A stretch of 64,000 bases of DNA from Mustelus asterias. Taxonomy: Eukaryota. A program made the position numbers and the translations under genes. A model generated the notes under the pieces. It was given only the letters and a program-made list of their open reading frames with translations. It was not told the origin of the DNA and searched no databases. Positions within the stretch are counted from its first letter, which is position 1. Every line of letters starts with the position of its first letter. Of this stretch, positions 1-13,099 are shown piece after piece. The stretch is taken from contig NC_135811.1 in the NCBI RefSeq assembly GCF_964213995.1, forward strand, positions 110,298,001-110,362,000, in the 5' to 3' direction.

Positions 1-900
1 TCACCCTCCATCTGTATCAGAAATTCCACCATATTATGATCACTCATCCCAAGAGGATCCTTCACAAGAAGATCCTTAATCCTACCTGTCTCATTGCACA
101 GAACCAGATCCAAGATAGCTCGCTCTCTCGTAGGTTCTGTAACATACTGTTCAATGAAACAATCCCGACAGCATTCCAAGAACTCTTCCTCAAGCCCTCC
201 ACGTCCAATTTGAGTCGACCAATCAGTATGTAGGTTAAAATCCCCCATGATAATTGCCGTTCCACTTTTGCACGCATCCATTATTTGCTTGTTTATAGCC
301 CTCCCCACCTCTAAGTTATTATTTGGGGGCCTATAGACCACGCCTACCAGTGTCTTTCTCCCCCTACTATTCCTTATCTCCACCCACAACGATTCCACGT
401 TTTGCTCCTTGGAGCCTATGTCGTCTCTCACTACCGTCCTGATATTATCCTTTATTAACAAAGCTACCCCACCTCCTTTTTCTACCTGTCTATCCTTCCT
501 AAATGCCTGATAACCCTGTATATTCAGTTCCCAGTCCCGGTCACCCTGCAACCACGTTTCTGTGATGGACACTAGATCATATTCATTTGTATGGATTTGT
601 GCCATCAACTCATTTACTTTGTTTCGAATGCTTCGTGCATTCAGGCAAAGTGTCTTTATGCCAGCCTTTATCTGGACCCGGTTTGTTGAAGCGCTACTAA
701 CATCTCCCAAGCCCCCTCCTCCTTTAGCTAGTTGTTTATTCACTATACTCCTGGCATTAGAGTAGACACCTCTCAATCCTATGGTCTGACCTCTCCCCTT
801 CTCTGTTCCCAGTCCACCTGCCCTCTTGCACTGCCTATAACCCTTCTCTGTTTGCGAGCTACCTTCCTCACTCTCAGTCACGTCGCTTTGATCCCCTCCC
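1..900 (-). mobile_element. CR1-type LINE fragment (endonuclease region), degenerate
   Basis: Minus strand reads CR1 ORF2 APE-endonuclease-like motifs (VGVVYRPPN, MGDFN-like, AITETW-like) that resemble the intact copy at 40034-40828. Confidence 0.65.
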
Positions 901-939
901 CCGAGGTGAAGAGGGATTATAAAAAGACTGGAAGCCAAA

Positions 940-1205
940 CAGTACAGTGGTTAGCACTGCTGTCTCACAGCCCCATGGACCCGGGTTCAATTCCGGTCTT
1001 AGGTGACTGTGTGGAGTTTGCACATTCTCCCCGTGTCTGCGTGGGTTTCCTCCGGGTGCTCCAGTTCCCTCCCACACTCCAAAGATGTATAGGCGAGGTA
1101 GATTAGCCATGATAAAAGCGTGGGGATAGGGCGGAGGGGACGGCCAGGGTGGGATGCTCTTTGGGAGAATCAATGCAGACTCGATGGGCTGAATGGCTTC
1201 TTGCA
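940..1205 (+). mobile_element. tRNA-derived SINE (HE1-like) with CR1-like 3' tail
   Basis: A-box/B-box-like head (CAGTGGTTAGCAC...GGGTTCAATTCC), conserved body TGTGTGGAGTTTGCACATTCTCCCCGTGTCTGCGTGGGTTTCCTCCGG and tail GCAGACTCGATGGGCTGAATGGC, shared with about 10 other copies in the window. Confidence 0.8.
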
Positions 1206-1209
1206 AATG

Positions 1210-2600
1210 TAACACCCTTTTTCATAAAATGTTGTAAGGACAATCCCAGCAATTACAGGCCAGTCATGTTAACATCAGTGGTGGGCAAGCTTCTAGAAAC
1301 AACTATTCAATCGCATAGAAAAATGTGGGTTGATTAGGAAGAGCCAGCATGGATTTTTAAATTGGGTTTAACTAACTAGTTTTTACTAATAAGTTTTTTT
1401 GAGGAGATAACATAGCGTTGATGAAGATAATGCTGTTGATGTGATCCACGTGGACTTTCAGAAGACATTCGATACAGTGCCACACAACAGACTTGTGAGA
1501 GAAGTTATAGTTATGGCTAAATGGATAGTAGCAAGGTGGATACAAAATTGGCTGATGATAGAAGACAGAGAGTAATGGTCAATGGATATATTTCAGGCTC
1601 GAAGAAGGTTTGTAGAGGTGTTTTCCAGGGGTCGGTATTGGGACTCCTGCTCATCCTGATGTATGTTAATGATTTAGGTTTGCAGGGGACAGTTTCAAAG
1701 TTTATGGATCACACAAAACTTGGAAGTATTGTAAACTGAGGACAGTGTAGAACTTGAAAAGGACATAGACCAGTTGGTCAGTGGGCAGATAGGTGGCAGA
1801 TGAAGTTCAATGTGGAGCAGTGAGAGGTGATGCATTTTGTTAGGAATAACGTGGAGAGACAATATTACAAAAAGGGTAACATTCTAAAAGGGCAGGAGCA
1901 GAGGGAGCTGGGTGTAACTGTGCATTAGGGTTAGGGTGACAGGACAGGTGGAGAGAGCAGTTAATAAAGCATATCGTATTCAGGGCTTTATTAAGACAGG
2001 CACAGAGTACAAGAACAAGGAAATGATGCTGCACTTATACAAGACACTAGTTAGACCTCAGCTGGAATGTTGTGTACTGTTCTGGGAGCCACACTGTAGG
2101 AAGGATGTGAACACATTGGAGAGAGAGTAGAAGAGTTTTCCAAGAATGGTTCCAGGGATGAGAAACTTCAGTGGTGAGGGGAGATTGGAGAGATTGTGGC
2201 TGTTCTCCTTGGAGAGAAAGCTGAAAGGAGATTTGATAGAGATGTTCAAAATTATGAGGGGGCTGGACAGAGTCGATCGGGAGAAACTGAACCCACTCGT
2301 ACAAGGATCGAGAATGAGAGGGCACAGATTTAAAGTGATTTTGCAAAAGATACAAATTTGAGGTGTGAAGAAACTTTTCCCACACAGCAGGTTATTGTGG
2401 TCTGGGATGGGCTGTCCAGAGGTGTAGTGGAGGCAGCTTCAATCAAGGTATTCGGGAAGGTATGAGATGATTATTTAAATAGAATTAATGTGCAGAGGCT
2501 TGGGGAAAAGGCAGGGGAATGGCACTAATGTGTAATACTTGTCTACAGAGCGGTTGCAGGCACAATGGGCCAAATGGCCTCCCATGCCATAACGTTCTGT
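1210..2600 (+). mobile_element. CR1 LINE 3' fragment (RT and 3' UTR), degenerate
   Basis: ORF pieces NYRPVMLTSVVGK, QGSVLG, SKFMDHTKLG and LYKTLVRPQLE are CR1 ORF2 motifs, broken by stops and frameshifts. Confidence 0.85.
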
Positions 2601-2770
2601 GATTGGGAGAAGCTTGGTCAATGCTGCCACTGACCAGTCCATTTTCAACAGCACGCGGACAATAAAAACTAAACCTCGACAGCTCCGAGAGAGTCACATT
2701 GGACCTGAAACATTAACATTGTTTCTCTGCCGACAGACACAAGCAGAACTGCTGAGATTTACCAGCACAC

Positions 2771-4827
2771 ACACTGACCCACACCCCGGTCACTCTGCAC
2801 TGACCCACACCCTGGTCACTCTGCACTGACCCACACCCCGGTCACTCTGCACTGACCCACACCCTGGTCACTCTGCACTGACCCACACCCTGGTCACTCT
2901 GCACTGACCCACACCCCGATCACTCTGCACTGACCCACACCCCGGTCACTCTGCACTGACCCACACCCCGGTCACTCTACACTGACCCACACCCCGGTCA
3001 CTCTACACTGACCCACACCCCGGTCACTCTACACTGACACACACCCCGGTCACTCTGCACTGACCCACACCCCGGTCACTCTACACTGACCCACACCCCG
3101 GTCACTCTGCACTGACCCACACCCCGGTCACTCTACACTGACACACACCCCGGTCACTCTGCACTGACCCACACCCTGGTCATTCTGCACTGACCCACAC
3201 CCCGGTCACTCTTCACTGACCCACACCCCGGTCACTCAACACAGACCCACACCCTGGTCACTCTGCACTGACCCACACCCTGGTCACTCTACACTGACCC
3301 ACAGCCCGGTCACTCTGCACTGACCCACACCCCGGTCACTCTACACTGACCCACAGCCCGGTCACTCTGCACTGACCCACACCCCGGTCACTCTACACTG
3401 ACCCACACCCTGGTCACTCTGCACTGACCCACACCCTGGTCACTCTACACTGACCCACAGCCCGGTCACTCTGCACTGACCCACACCCCGGTCACTCTGC
3501 ACTGACCCACACCCCGGTCACTCTGCACTGACCCACACCGCGGTCACTCTGCACTGACACACACCCTGGTCACTCTGCACTGACCCACACCCCGGTCACT
3601 CTACACTGACCCACACCCCGGTCACTCTGCACTGACCCACACCCCGGTCACTCTGCACTGACCCACACCCCGGTCACTCTACACTGACCCACACCCCAGT
3701 CACTCTACACTGACCCACACCCCGGTCACTCTGCACTGACCCACACCCCGGTCACTCAACACTGACCCACACCCCGGTCACTCTGCACTGACCTACACCC
3801 CGGTCACTCTGACCCACACCACAGTCACTCTACACTGTCCCACACCCCAGTCACTCTGCACTGACCCACACCCCGGTCACTCTGCACTGACCCACACCCC
3901 GGTCACTCTGCACTGACCCACACCCCGGTCACTCTGCACTGACCCACACCCCGGTCACTCTACACTGACCCACACCCTGGTCACTCTACACTGACCCACA
4001 GTCCGGTCACTCTGCACTGACCCACACCCCGGTCACTCTGCACTGACCCACACCCCGGTCACTCTACACTGACCCACACCCCGGTCACTCTACACTGACA
4101 CACACCCCGGTCACTCTGCACTGTCCCACACCCCGGTCACTCTGCACTGACCCACACCCTGGTCACTCTGCACTGACCCACACCCCGATCACTCTACACT
4201 GACCCACACCCCAGTCACTCTACACTGACCCACACCCCGGTCACTCTGCACTGACCCACACCCCGATCACTCTGCACTGACCCACACCCCGGCCACTCTA
4301 CACTGACCCACACCCCGGCCACTCTACACTGACCCACACCCTGGTCACTCTACACTGACCCACACCCCGGTCACTCTACACTGACCCACACCCTGGTCAC
4401 TCTACGCTGACCCACACCCTGGTCACTCTACACTGACCCACACCCTGGTCACTCTATGCTGACCCACACCCTGGTCACTCTACACTGACCCACACCTCAG
4501 TCACACTGACCCACACCCCGGCCACTGCACTGACCCACACCCTGGTCACTCTACACTGACCCACACCTCAGTCACACTGACCCACACCCCGGCCACTGCA
4601 CTGACCCACACCCTGGTCACTCTACACTGACCCACATCTCAGTCACACTGACCCACACCCCGGTCACTCTACACTGACCCACACCCTGGTCACTCTACAC
4701 TGACCCACACCCTGGTCACTCTACACTGACCCACACACTGGTCACTCTACACTGACCCACACTCCGGTCACTCTGCACTGACCCACACCCCGGTCACTCT
4801 GCACTGACCCACACCCCGGTCACTGAC
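2771..4827. repeat. 26-bp minisatellite (ACTGACCCACACCCCGGTCACTCTGC)n in the PNMT intron
   Basis: About 2 kb of head-to-tail 26-bp units with minor variants, abutting the PNMT donor site. Confidence 0.95.
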
Positions 4828-4981
4828 CTGTTGAGAATGAGGATGCAAAGCAGCGGAGTTTCCAGGGAACGACACAGTCTTCTCTCTCAAAGTTGGCTCG
4901 AGGAGGCAGATAGTTGTTCTGAAGGTAAGCCTGAGGGTTGAAGAGCTGGTATCTCTCGGTCACTTCATCCGATCGCAGCAT
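4828..4981 (-). CDS. PNMT: Phenylethanolamine N-methyltransferase, first coding exon (gene continues beyond the left edge)
   Basis: ATG at 4981. MLRSDEVTERYQLFNPQAYLQNNYLPPRANFEREDCVVPWKLRCFASSFST-G matches the PNMT N-terminus (human YQRFEPRAYLRNNYAPPRGD...PWKLRCLAQTFATG). 154 nt, ending at donor G|GTCAGT (phase 1). Lies next to TCAP, as in mammals. Confidence 0.9.
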
Positions 4982-5061
4982 CTTCTCTCCGGACAGATGT
5001 ATCACTCTCTGTATCAATGGTACAAAGCAGAACCGCCAATTAGCAAAGATCAGCGTCAGAG

Positions 5062-6500
5062 TGGACTGACCGACACAGACTGACCGACACAGACTGACCG
5101 ACACGGCTCAGGACAGACTGACCGACACAGACTTACCAACACAGTCTGACCAAGACAGCTCAGGATGGACTGACCGACACAGACTGACCGACACAACTCA
5201 GGACAGACTGACCGAGACAGACTGACCAACACAGTCTGACCAAGACAGCTCAGGATGGACTGACCGACACAGACTGACCGACACAGCTCAGGACAGACTG
5301 ACCGAGACAGACTGATCGACACAGCTCAGGACAGATTGACCAAGACAGGCTGACTGAGACAGACTGACCAAGACAGAATGACCGACATGGTTCAGGACAG
5401 ACTGACCGACACAGGCTGACCGACACAGCTCAGGGCAGACTGACCGAGACAGACTGACTGAGACAGACTGACCGGGTCAGACTGACCGACACAGACTGAC
5501 CGACATGGCTCAGGACAGACTGACCGAGACTGACTGACACAGCTCAAGACAGACTGACCGACACGGCTCAGGACAGACTGACTGAGACAGACTGACCGAG
5601 ACAGACTGACCGAGACAGACTGACTGACACAGACTGACCGGCATAGCTCAGAACAGACTGACCGACACAGACTGACCAAGACAGACTGACCGACATGGCT
5701 CAGGACAGACTGACCGAGACTGACCGACACAACTCAGGACAGACTGACCGAGACAGACTGACCGACACGGATCAGGACAGCCTGACCGAGACAGAGTGAC
5801 CAACACAGCTCAGGACAGACTGACCGAGACAGACTGACCGACACAGACTGACCGACACAGAATGACCAACATGACCCTAGGACAGACTGACCGACACAGA
5901 CTGACTGACACAGAATGACCAACATGGCTCAGGACAGACTGACCAACACAGACTGACCGACACAGACTGACCGACACAGACTGACCGACACAGAATGACC
6001 AACATGGCTCAGGACAGACTGACCAACACAGACTGACCGACACAGAATGACCAACATGGCTCAGGACAGACTGACCGACACAGACTGACCGACACAGACT
6101 GACCGACACAGAATGACCAACATGGCTCAGGACAGACTGACTGACACAGACTGACCGACACAGAATGACCAACATGGCTCAGGACAGACTGACTGAGACA
6201 GGCTGACTAACACAGACTGACCGACACAGACTGACCGAGACAGACTGACTGAGACAGTTCAGGACAGGCTGACTGAGACAGGCTGACCAAGACAGGCTGA
6301 CTGAGGCAGACTGACCGAGACAGCTCAGGACAGACTGACCGAGACAGCTCAGGACAGACTGACCGAGACAGACTGACCAACACAGACTGACCGACACAGA
6401 CTGACCGACACAGACTGACCGACACGGCTCAGGACAGACTGACCCAGACAGACTGACTGACACAGACTGACCGAGACAGCTCAGGACAGACTCACCGACA
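5062..6500. repeat. Compound minisatellite built on a ~14-bp core (GACACAGACTGACC) plus GGCTCAGGACAG units
   Basis: About 1.4 kb of variant ACAGACTGACCGAC repeats immediately upstream of the PNMT coding exon. Confidence 0.95.
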
Positions 6501-6557
6501 CAGTCCGAGTCCCAGCAAAGTGACCAATTGGGAGAGTTGAGAATGCCGGTATTTATA
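6496..6557 (-). promoter_or_regulatory. Putative PNMT TATA box and short non-coding first exon
   Basis: Minus-strand TATAAATA at 6557-6550, consensus donor GTGAGT at 6495-6490, and a branch-like GCTAAT plus ATACAG acceptor at 5009, just upstream of the ATG. Inferred; no transcript data. Confidence 0.5.
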
Positions 6558-7814
6558 CAGTGAGCTCGGATTGTGGGATTGGGCCAGATTTCTCGGTGAT
6601 TTCATTAGTGGGTTAAGGAGTTTAGTAAACAGAGTTATCAGTGATAAAAAATCTTTAAAAACCTTCAGGCTGGTTACAAATAAAAGTAATTTTATTTTCG
6701 GAGCAGCAGAGTCGAAGCAGTGGCAGAGTAATGGTTATCTGACAATGCAGCAGGTGAGATATTACAAGGATGGATTAAAGAGATCCAAACAGTGAGGCAG
6801 GAACTAGCCTGTATCATTGGAAAACTTTAACCAACCGGAACCTGCACCAGATCACCAAATGACCCAAGCACTGTCACAAAGAGGAAGGGTTAGATTTCAC
6901 ATCCTCTGTCCCACACACTGATTCCCACATTCTGCACTTCCCACACGTTGCCTTTACTGTTATTTCTATTCTATATTTATTGAATGTTTATATGTGAGCA
7001 ATAATGATAAATAAATTGATTCTATTAGTTCTATTTACTTCATTCACTCCAGCTGCCTCTCTGCTCCCATTCCACTCCAGTTCCCACGGCTGGTTTGGAT
7101 CCTGGGTCTGATAAAGCTCCCCCTCTTACTGCAGCTGCAGGCTCCACTCGTTAAGGTACAATTCCCAACAGTTAAAGTGTTTCATTAAAACGGGAAGTTG
7201 TTTCTGTCGATGTGAGAGTGATGGTCATTATTGTTATCACCAGTTTGAGTTACTGTTTAAAGGCTTTATTTTATTTACATGTATGAATTAGGAGCAGGAG
7301 TAGGTCTTTCCACACTTTCAGTCTTTTGCATCATTCAATAAAATCTGTGCTGAGTTTGACCTCTGCCTCCCCCCGCAATAACCTTTCACCCCTCTTGCTT
7401 ATTAAGAATCTATCTGACTTTGTCTTGAAAATGTTCAGAGACTCCGTTTCCATCGCCAGAGACTCACGGGATTTTCCACATGACCCACAATGTGTTTCCC
7501 ATTGGCTGGTGGTGGGATTTTCTGTCCCGCCATTGCCAACAGGGTTTCCCATTGACTGCATCCCCTGCGGCTGGGAAACCCCGGCGTGGGTGCACTGTCG
7601 GCGGGACTGGAAGATCCAGCTGGTGTGAATAGCTGGAAAATTCTAGCCTATATGTTTCAATCAAGTCGCTTCTTTCTCTTCTAAACTCCAGCAGATACAA
7701 ACCTAACCTCTCCAACCTTTCCTCAAACCACTCATTCCACGTATTAGTCTGATAAACATTCTCTGAAAAACTTTGAATGCATTTGCATCCATTGCTTAGG
7801 TGTCACTGAGAATT

Positions 7815-9500
7815 AAAATCATGGACACCATAAATGGCCCTGGGAAGTTTGTGTGTACTGGCACCCAGGGTCTCCCTGGCCATTCCCAAGGGTGTAACGA
7901 GGCTGCTGGTGGTTTTCCTGGCAAGTATTGCATAGCTTCACCAGGTTTTCGATATCACTGTCTCTGCCAGGTCGCCAGAGAGAGCTCCTTGCAGGAATTT
8001 TCACCGTAGAAAATCCTGGGTGGCCATTGTGCAATTCTTGAAGTATCGGTCACTGGCCTGGGCACAGGACAACCACCCCGGCTCCCCACACGATGATGCC
8101 ACCTTCTATACTCAGCTCCTGATATTTAGAGAGATAAGGTTTCAAATCCTCCATAAGTCGCCCTTGTGGTTCACCACTTAGGGACGACATGATGTAGTTT
8201 TGCCCATATTGGGCCCTTTTGGGTCCATGCCTGGATCTACACAGCGGAGACTGGCAGAGTGTTCATGATGTTCAGAGTCATGATGACTTTGGGGGAGAAG
8301 GTAGACTGGTGGGTAGCGGGAAGTGGCTCAAGGCACCTGCATTGGCGAGATGTCTGCCTGTATATTCATAGGCTCTTTACAGCAGTGCCCAGTGTTGGAT
8401 CCGAGCTGATGTGATGGGAAGAATCACCTTATCTTTGACAGGGTGTACTCCATCCTTATCAACTCCGTATCCGAGGTACATTACCTCATGGACCTGGAGC
8501 AGACATTTCTCCCTTTTTAATCAGATGCCAGCATCGGAAAAAAGCTGTCAGACCTCCTCCAAACTCTCCAAATGTTCCTTTGCTCCTGAAATTAAAATGT
8601 TATCCAGTTAGACTGCCACTCTGGGCACCCCATGAAGGATGCTCTCCACAGGCTGCAAGGCAAGATACCCAATCAAAGTTGCCTAAGGGTTTGCTCCGCA
8701 ATAATAAATGCAGCGGCTCCTATGTCTACCCCCATGTCTCGAGCGTGGCCATTTACCTGGAGTTTAATATGGATTGGAGCCACTTTGGGTGCGGTGATGC
8801 AATTTAGCTGCATTAGTTCCTCATTTTTGGGCTGGTTTATTTGTAAAGCTGTCCTGAGGTGGTTTTGCCCTTTGGCCTTTGGCCTTTGGCCTGGGCAGTA
8901 CATGTTTTGCCTGTTTCAGTTGCCCTGTCTGAGGCAGACCCGATGACTATGAGTGCAGCACAGATGTGTTTTCTCCTCACTGTATTGTGGAGAGACTTCC
9001 TGTCCAGTTCCGGGATCTTGCGGCCTCTGCCCTTCCCTGGCAGCAGATGGGAGACGCGAGTGTCATCCACCGCGGAGTTTGTTCTGCGGTGTAGGGGTTT
9101 CCCCAGGCTGAGGACGGGGCCTGCTCTGGATTCCTGACGCGCCTGGGTCCCTTTTGCCGGAAGGAGCCAATTCTGAGGCTTTCTCGAGTCCAGATTTAGT
9201 TCAATCAATAACTTCCTTTGAGTCGCTGTATTATTGATTTCACAAACTGAACAATCCCTTAACATATCCCAAGGTGCTGACCCACACTCAGAGCTCCGGC
9301 AATTTCCATAGTTTCGTCAAGAATTCAGTGACTGGTTCGCCAGGGAGTCTATTTGCCGTGTTAAATTGCCTGTAGCTATATAACAGAAAGTTTAGGGTTG
9401 TCACAGTCCAATGCCATATCTACCTATCAAAAGATTTTGAATCTGGGGCTGCTGGGTAGGTTAAACCTTTTATGGTGCTGAAAGTACACACTCAGAGGCC
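7815..9500 (-). mobile_element. Degenerate Ty3/Gypsy LTR-retrotransposon internal region (gag/protease/RT/integrase relics)
   Basis: Integrase zinc-binding motif HNGHPG...LVKLCNTCQE (7819-8034), aspartic-protease-like VNGHARDMGVDIGAA (8673-8903) and gag-like LRDCSVCEINNTATQRKLL. Confidence 0.8.
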
Positions 9501-10221
9501 AAGCTCGAAGCCGTCATCCACACCCCCACAAGGTGTATGAGAGCATGGTCCAAGACAAAGGTCCTCTAGCGTCCTGCCCCCACCACAGAGCACGACACAC
9601 ATCCTGCTTATCAAAATATTGGAATATAGAACCACTTTCCAGAGCCTGGGAGCCTACTGCACCAGGACAGACATCAACAACGAGGTCAATACAGCCTTCC
9701 GGTACCTGAAGAAGAGAGTGTTGAACACAAGGACCTCAGAGTCAGTTCCAGACTCATGGTCTACAGAGCAGTAGGAATTCCCGTCCTTGTCTTTAGCTCA
9801 GAGACATTGACTATGTACAGTGAACACCTCAAATCCCTAGAGAGGTACCACAAGTGTTGCCTCCGCAAGATCCTGAAAATCCATCAGCCGGATAGGTGCA
9901 CCAATGTCTGTTCTCAGTATTGGGAATAACATTCCCAACATTCCCAGTATTGAAGCATTGACCACACAATCAGCTCCACTCAGCAAGCTACAACGTCCGC
10001 ATGCCTGACACGAGACTCCTGAAACACAGGAAGCAAGCGCCAGGTGGGCAGAGGAAATGCCTCAAGGGCACCTTTAGAAAAGGTACAGCATCCGCACCGA
10101 CACCTGGGAATCCCGGGCCCAACACTGCCTGAAGCGGAGGAAAAGAATCCGGGAAGCAGCTGAACACCTTGAGTTTCATCATCGAGAGCAAACTGAAACC
10201 AAGCATCGATAGCAATAGCAG

Positions 10222-10562
10222 TGCCTGGTAACCCAGGTACCCCACTCACCCGGCGCCTGGTAACCCAGGTACCCCACTCACCCGGCGCCTGGTAACCCAG
10301 GTACCCCACTCACCCGGCGCCTGATAACCCAGGTACCCCACTCACCCGGCGCCTGGTAACCCAGGTACCCCACCCACCCGGCGCCTGGTAACCCAGGTAC
10401 CCCACCCACCCGGCGCCTGGTAACCCAGGTACCCCACCCACCTGGCGCCTGGTAACCCGGGTATCCCACCCACCTGGCGCCTGGTAACCCGGGTACCCCA
10501 CTCACCCGGCGCCTGGTAACCCGGGTACCCCACTCACCCGGCGCCTGGTAACCCGGGTATCC
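10222..10562. repeat. 32-bp minisatellite (GCCTGGTAACCCAGGTACCCCACTCACCCGGC)n
   Basis: About 10 tandem units. Confidence 0.95.
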
Positions 10563-11440
10563 CATCCACCCGCTCCCCCACCCACCCGCTCACCCACCCA
10601 CCTGCTGCTCCAACCACTATCTACCCCATCACCCACTGCTCCAACGACACGCACCCTCACCCACCCACTGCTCCACTCACCCGTTCTCCTACCCACCCGC
10701 TCCCCTACCCACCCACTCCCCTACCCACCTGCTCCTCCACCCACCCACTCCCTCACCCACTCACCACTCCACCCACCCGCTCCTTCACCCACCCACCACT
10801 CCACCCACCCGCTCCCCCACCCACCCACCACTCCACCCACCCGCTCCTTCACCCACCCACCACTCCACCCACCCGCTCCCCCACCCACCCACTCCTCCAA
10901 CCACCTGCTCCTCCACCCACCCACTCCCTCACCCACCCGCTCCCCCACCCTCTCGCTCCTCCCCCCACCCGCTACTCCACCCACCCGCTCTCCCACCCAC
11001 CTACTGCTCCAACCACCTGCTCCCCCACCCACCCGCTCGCCTACCCACCCACTCCCCCACCCACCCGCTGCTCCAACCACCCGCTCCTCCAGTACCCCGT
11101 CCTCCATCCACCCGCTCCTCCAACTTCCCGCTCCTCCACCCACCCGCTCCCCCACCCACCTGCTCCTCCACCCACCCGCTCCCCCACCCACCCACTCCCC
11201 CACCCACCCGCTCCCCCACCCATCCGCTCCTCCAACAACCCACTCCTCCACCCACCCGCTCCCCCACCCATCCACTCCTCCAACCACCCACTCCCCCACC
11301 CACCCACTGCTCCAACCACCCGCTCCCCAATCCACCCGCTCCCCCATCCACCCGCTTCCCCACCCACCCGCTCCTCCACCCACCCGCTCCCCCACCCAAC
11401 CGCTCCCCCACCCAACCACTCCCCCACCCATCTGCTCTCC
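10563..11440. repeat. C-rich low-complexity repeat (CCACCCACCCGCTCC-like)
   Basis: Degenerate ~16-bp C-rich units; G-rich on the minus strand. Confidence 0.9.
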
Positions 11441-12194
11441 CAACCATTGTCTGCCCTACCTGTGTCAGAGACTGTAGGTCACACATTGGACTCCTCAGTT
11501 ACCTGAGAACTCATTGTTAGTGTGGAAACAAATCACCCTCGACTCAGAGGGACTATCTCAGAGGGACTATCTCAGAGGGACTATCTCAGAGGGACTATCT
11601 CAGAGGGACTATCTCAGAGGAAGGAGTTATTTCTGTTTGAGTTCTCGGTTTATTTTGACTGCATTCAGATATGGAGCTTTTAGTTTTGGACTTTTTTTAT
11701 TTTTGTAACCTCTATTCTTGACCACTAAGAGTAAATCTTACATTTCTACATTCTGTCTCTTCCTGTCATGTTCCGTTTGTCATTTTCCATATTACTACCT
11801 TTCCCTCTCACCTTGCCTCAACTCTTTAATTTACCACATTTTCCCCAATTTGATCCCTTATCTTGACTGTGTGAAATGCTTTGAGACATTTGGCAATATG
11901 ACATTGTCCACAAGACACAAGTAATGGGATACTTTCCACTTGCCAGGTTGAGTGCTGCCATTAATGTCAAGCCATTGGATAATTGCAGAGATCTCTTTTT
12001 TCATTAATGTATTTGAGCAAAAATTAACTTGAGTTTGAATAAAGTCGAACCTCATCTGAAAGGCTGTAAAATCAATTTGACTTTTTAGTGGTTATTGACA
12101 GGTTAAGAGTTGACATTAACAAATGCCTTTGGAGCCAATACTATGTTACCTTATAAATAATCTTAATATGAAGGGAATATTTTGGGCATTGTAT

Positions 12195-12725
12195 ATATAG
12201 TGGCATTTCTAGCGAGGCCAGCATGTATTGCCCATTCCTAATTGCTCTTGAGAAGGTGGTGATGAGCTGCCTTCTTGAAACTTTGCAGTCCATGTGATGT
12301 AGGTACACCCATAGTCTATTAGATAGGGAGGGAGTGACAGGATGTTGACTCACCAACAGTGAAGAAAGTGATAGAGTTTGAAGTCAGGATAGTGTGTGGC
12401 TTGGGGGAACTTCCTGATGTTCCCAAGCATCCGCTGCCCTTGTCCTTCTAGGCTGTAGAATTCCCAGGTTTGGAAGGTGCTGTCAAAGGAAGCTTGATGA
12501 GTTGCTGCAATGCATCAGTGGTGGAGGGAATGAATGTTTAGGGTGGTGGATGGGGTGCCAATCAAGGGGGCTGCTTTGTCCTGGATGGTGTTGAGTTTTT
12601 TGAGTGTTGTTGGAGCTGCAATCATCCAGGCAAGTGGAAAGTATTCCATCACACTCCTGACTTGTATCTTGTAGACAATAGACAGGCTTTGAGGAGTCAG
12701 GAGGTGAGTTACTCACTGCAGGATT
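12195..12725 (-). mobile_element. LINE 3' fragment (RT C-terminus and 3' tail)
   Basis: Minus strand carries YK-QVRSVMEY-like and IQDKAA-like LINE motifs. Its 3' end (AAGGGCAAT...GCTGGCC) resembles the SINE tail at ~13700. Confidence 0.55.
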
Positions 12726-13099
12726 CTATTTCTCATTCATTGTAATAAATTATAAATGTGTGCAGGGACATTGCTTAAAGCTCAGCACATTATAAGTAAC
12801 TTGTGAGGACAGAGAGTTCCCAAAGACTGCAAAAGGTCGGGTTAAACTATTGCACATATTACACGTTTATCAGTTGGTTCTCACATAAAATCTTTCCACA
12901 GGAAACCTTTTAAACACTTTATTGATAAATGATCAATGCCAAGTTGGTTTTATGTGGGCCAATGAATATGTTTGTTCAGAATGTTCTGCCATGAACATTT
13001 TGCACCACAAACTCTGATTGAGCTCATTAGCATCCTGCCTGTGACCGAGAGGTGGCAAGGAGGGGATAAGTGGAGCTGAAACATGTTTTTAGTTTCATT

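Larger units (their letters stand above)
9500..11620 (+). mobile_element. RTE-clade LINE 3' relic interrupted by tandem-repeat expansions
   Basis: RTE-like C-terminal motifs (LMVYRAV, CLRKIL) at 9.7-9.9 kb; terminal C2H2-like CPTCVRDCRSHIGLLSYLRTH at ~11450-11512; 14-bp tandem tail (CTCAGAGGGACTAT)x5. Confidence 0.6.

Noticed and set aside
940-1000. tRNA genes at SINE heads
   Set aside because: A/B-box-like motifs continue into SINE bodies, with no complete cloverleaf or CCA-side stem.
1924-1937. Interstitial telomere (TTAGGG)2
   Set aside because: Only two units inside a CR1 relic; used only as a marker of the shared conversion patch.
10278-11486. Collagen-like or Gly/Trp-rich ORFs
   Set aside because: Translations of a 32-bp repeat and a C-rich tract inside an RTE relic.
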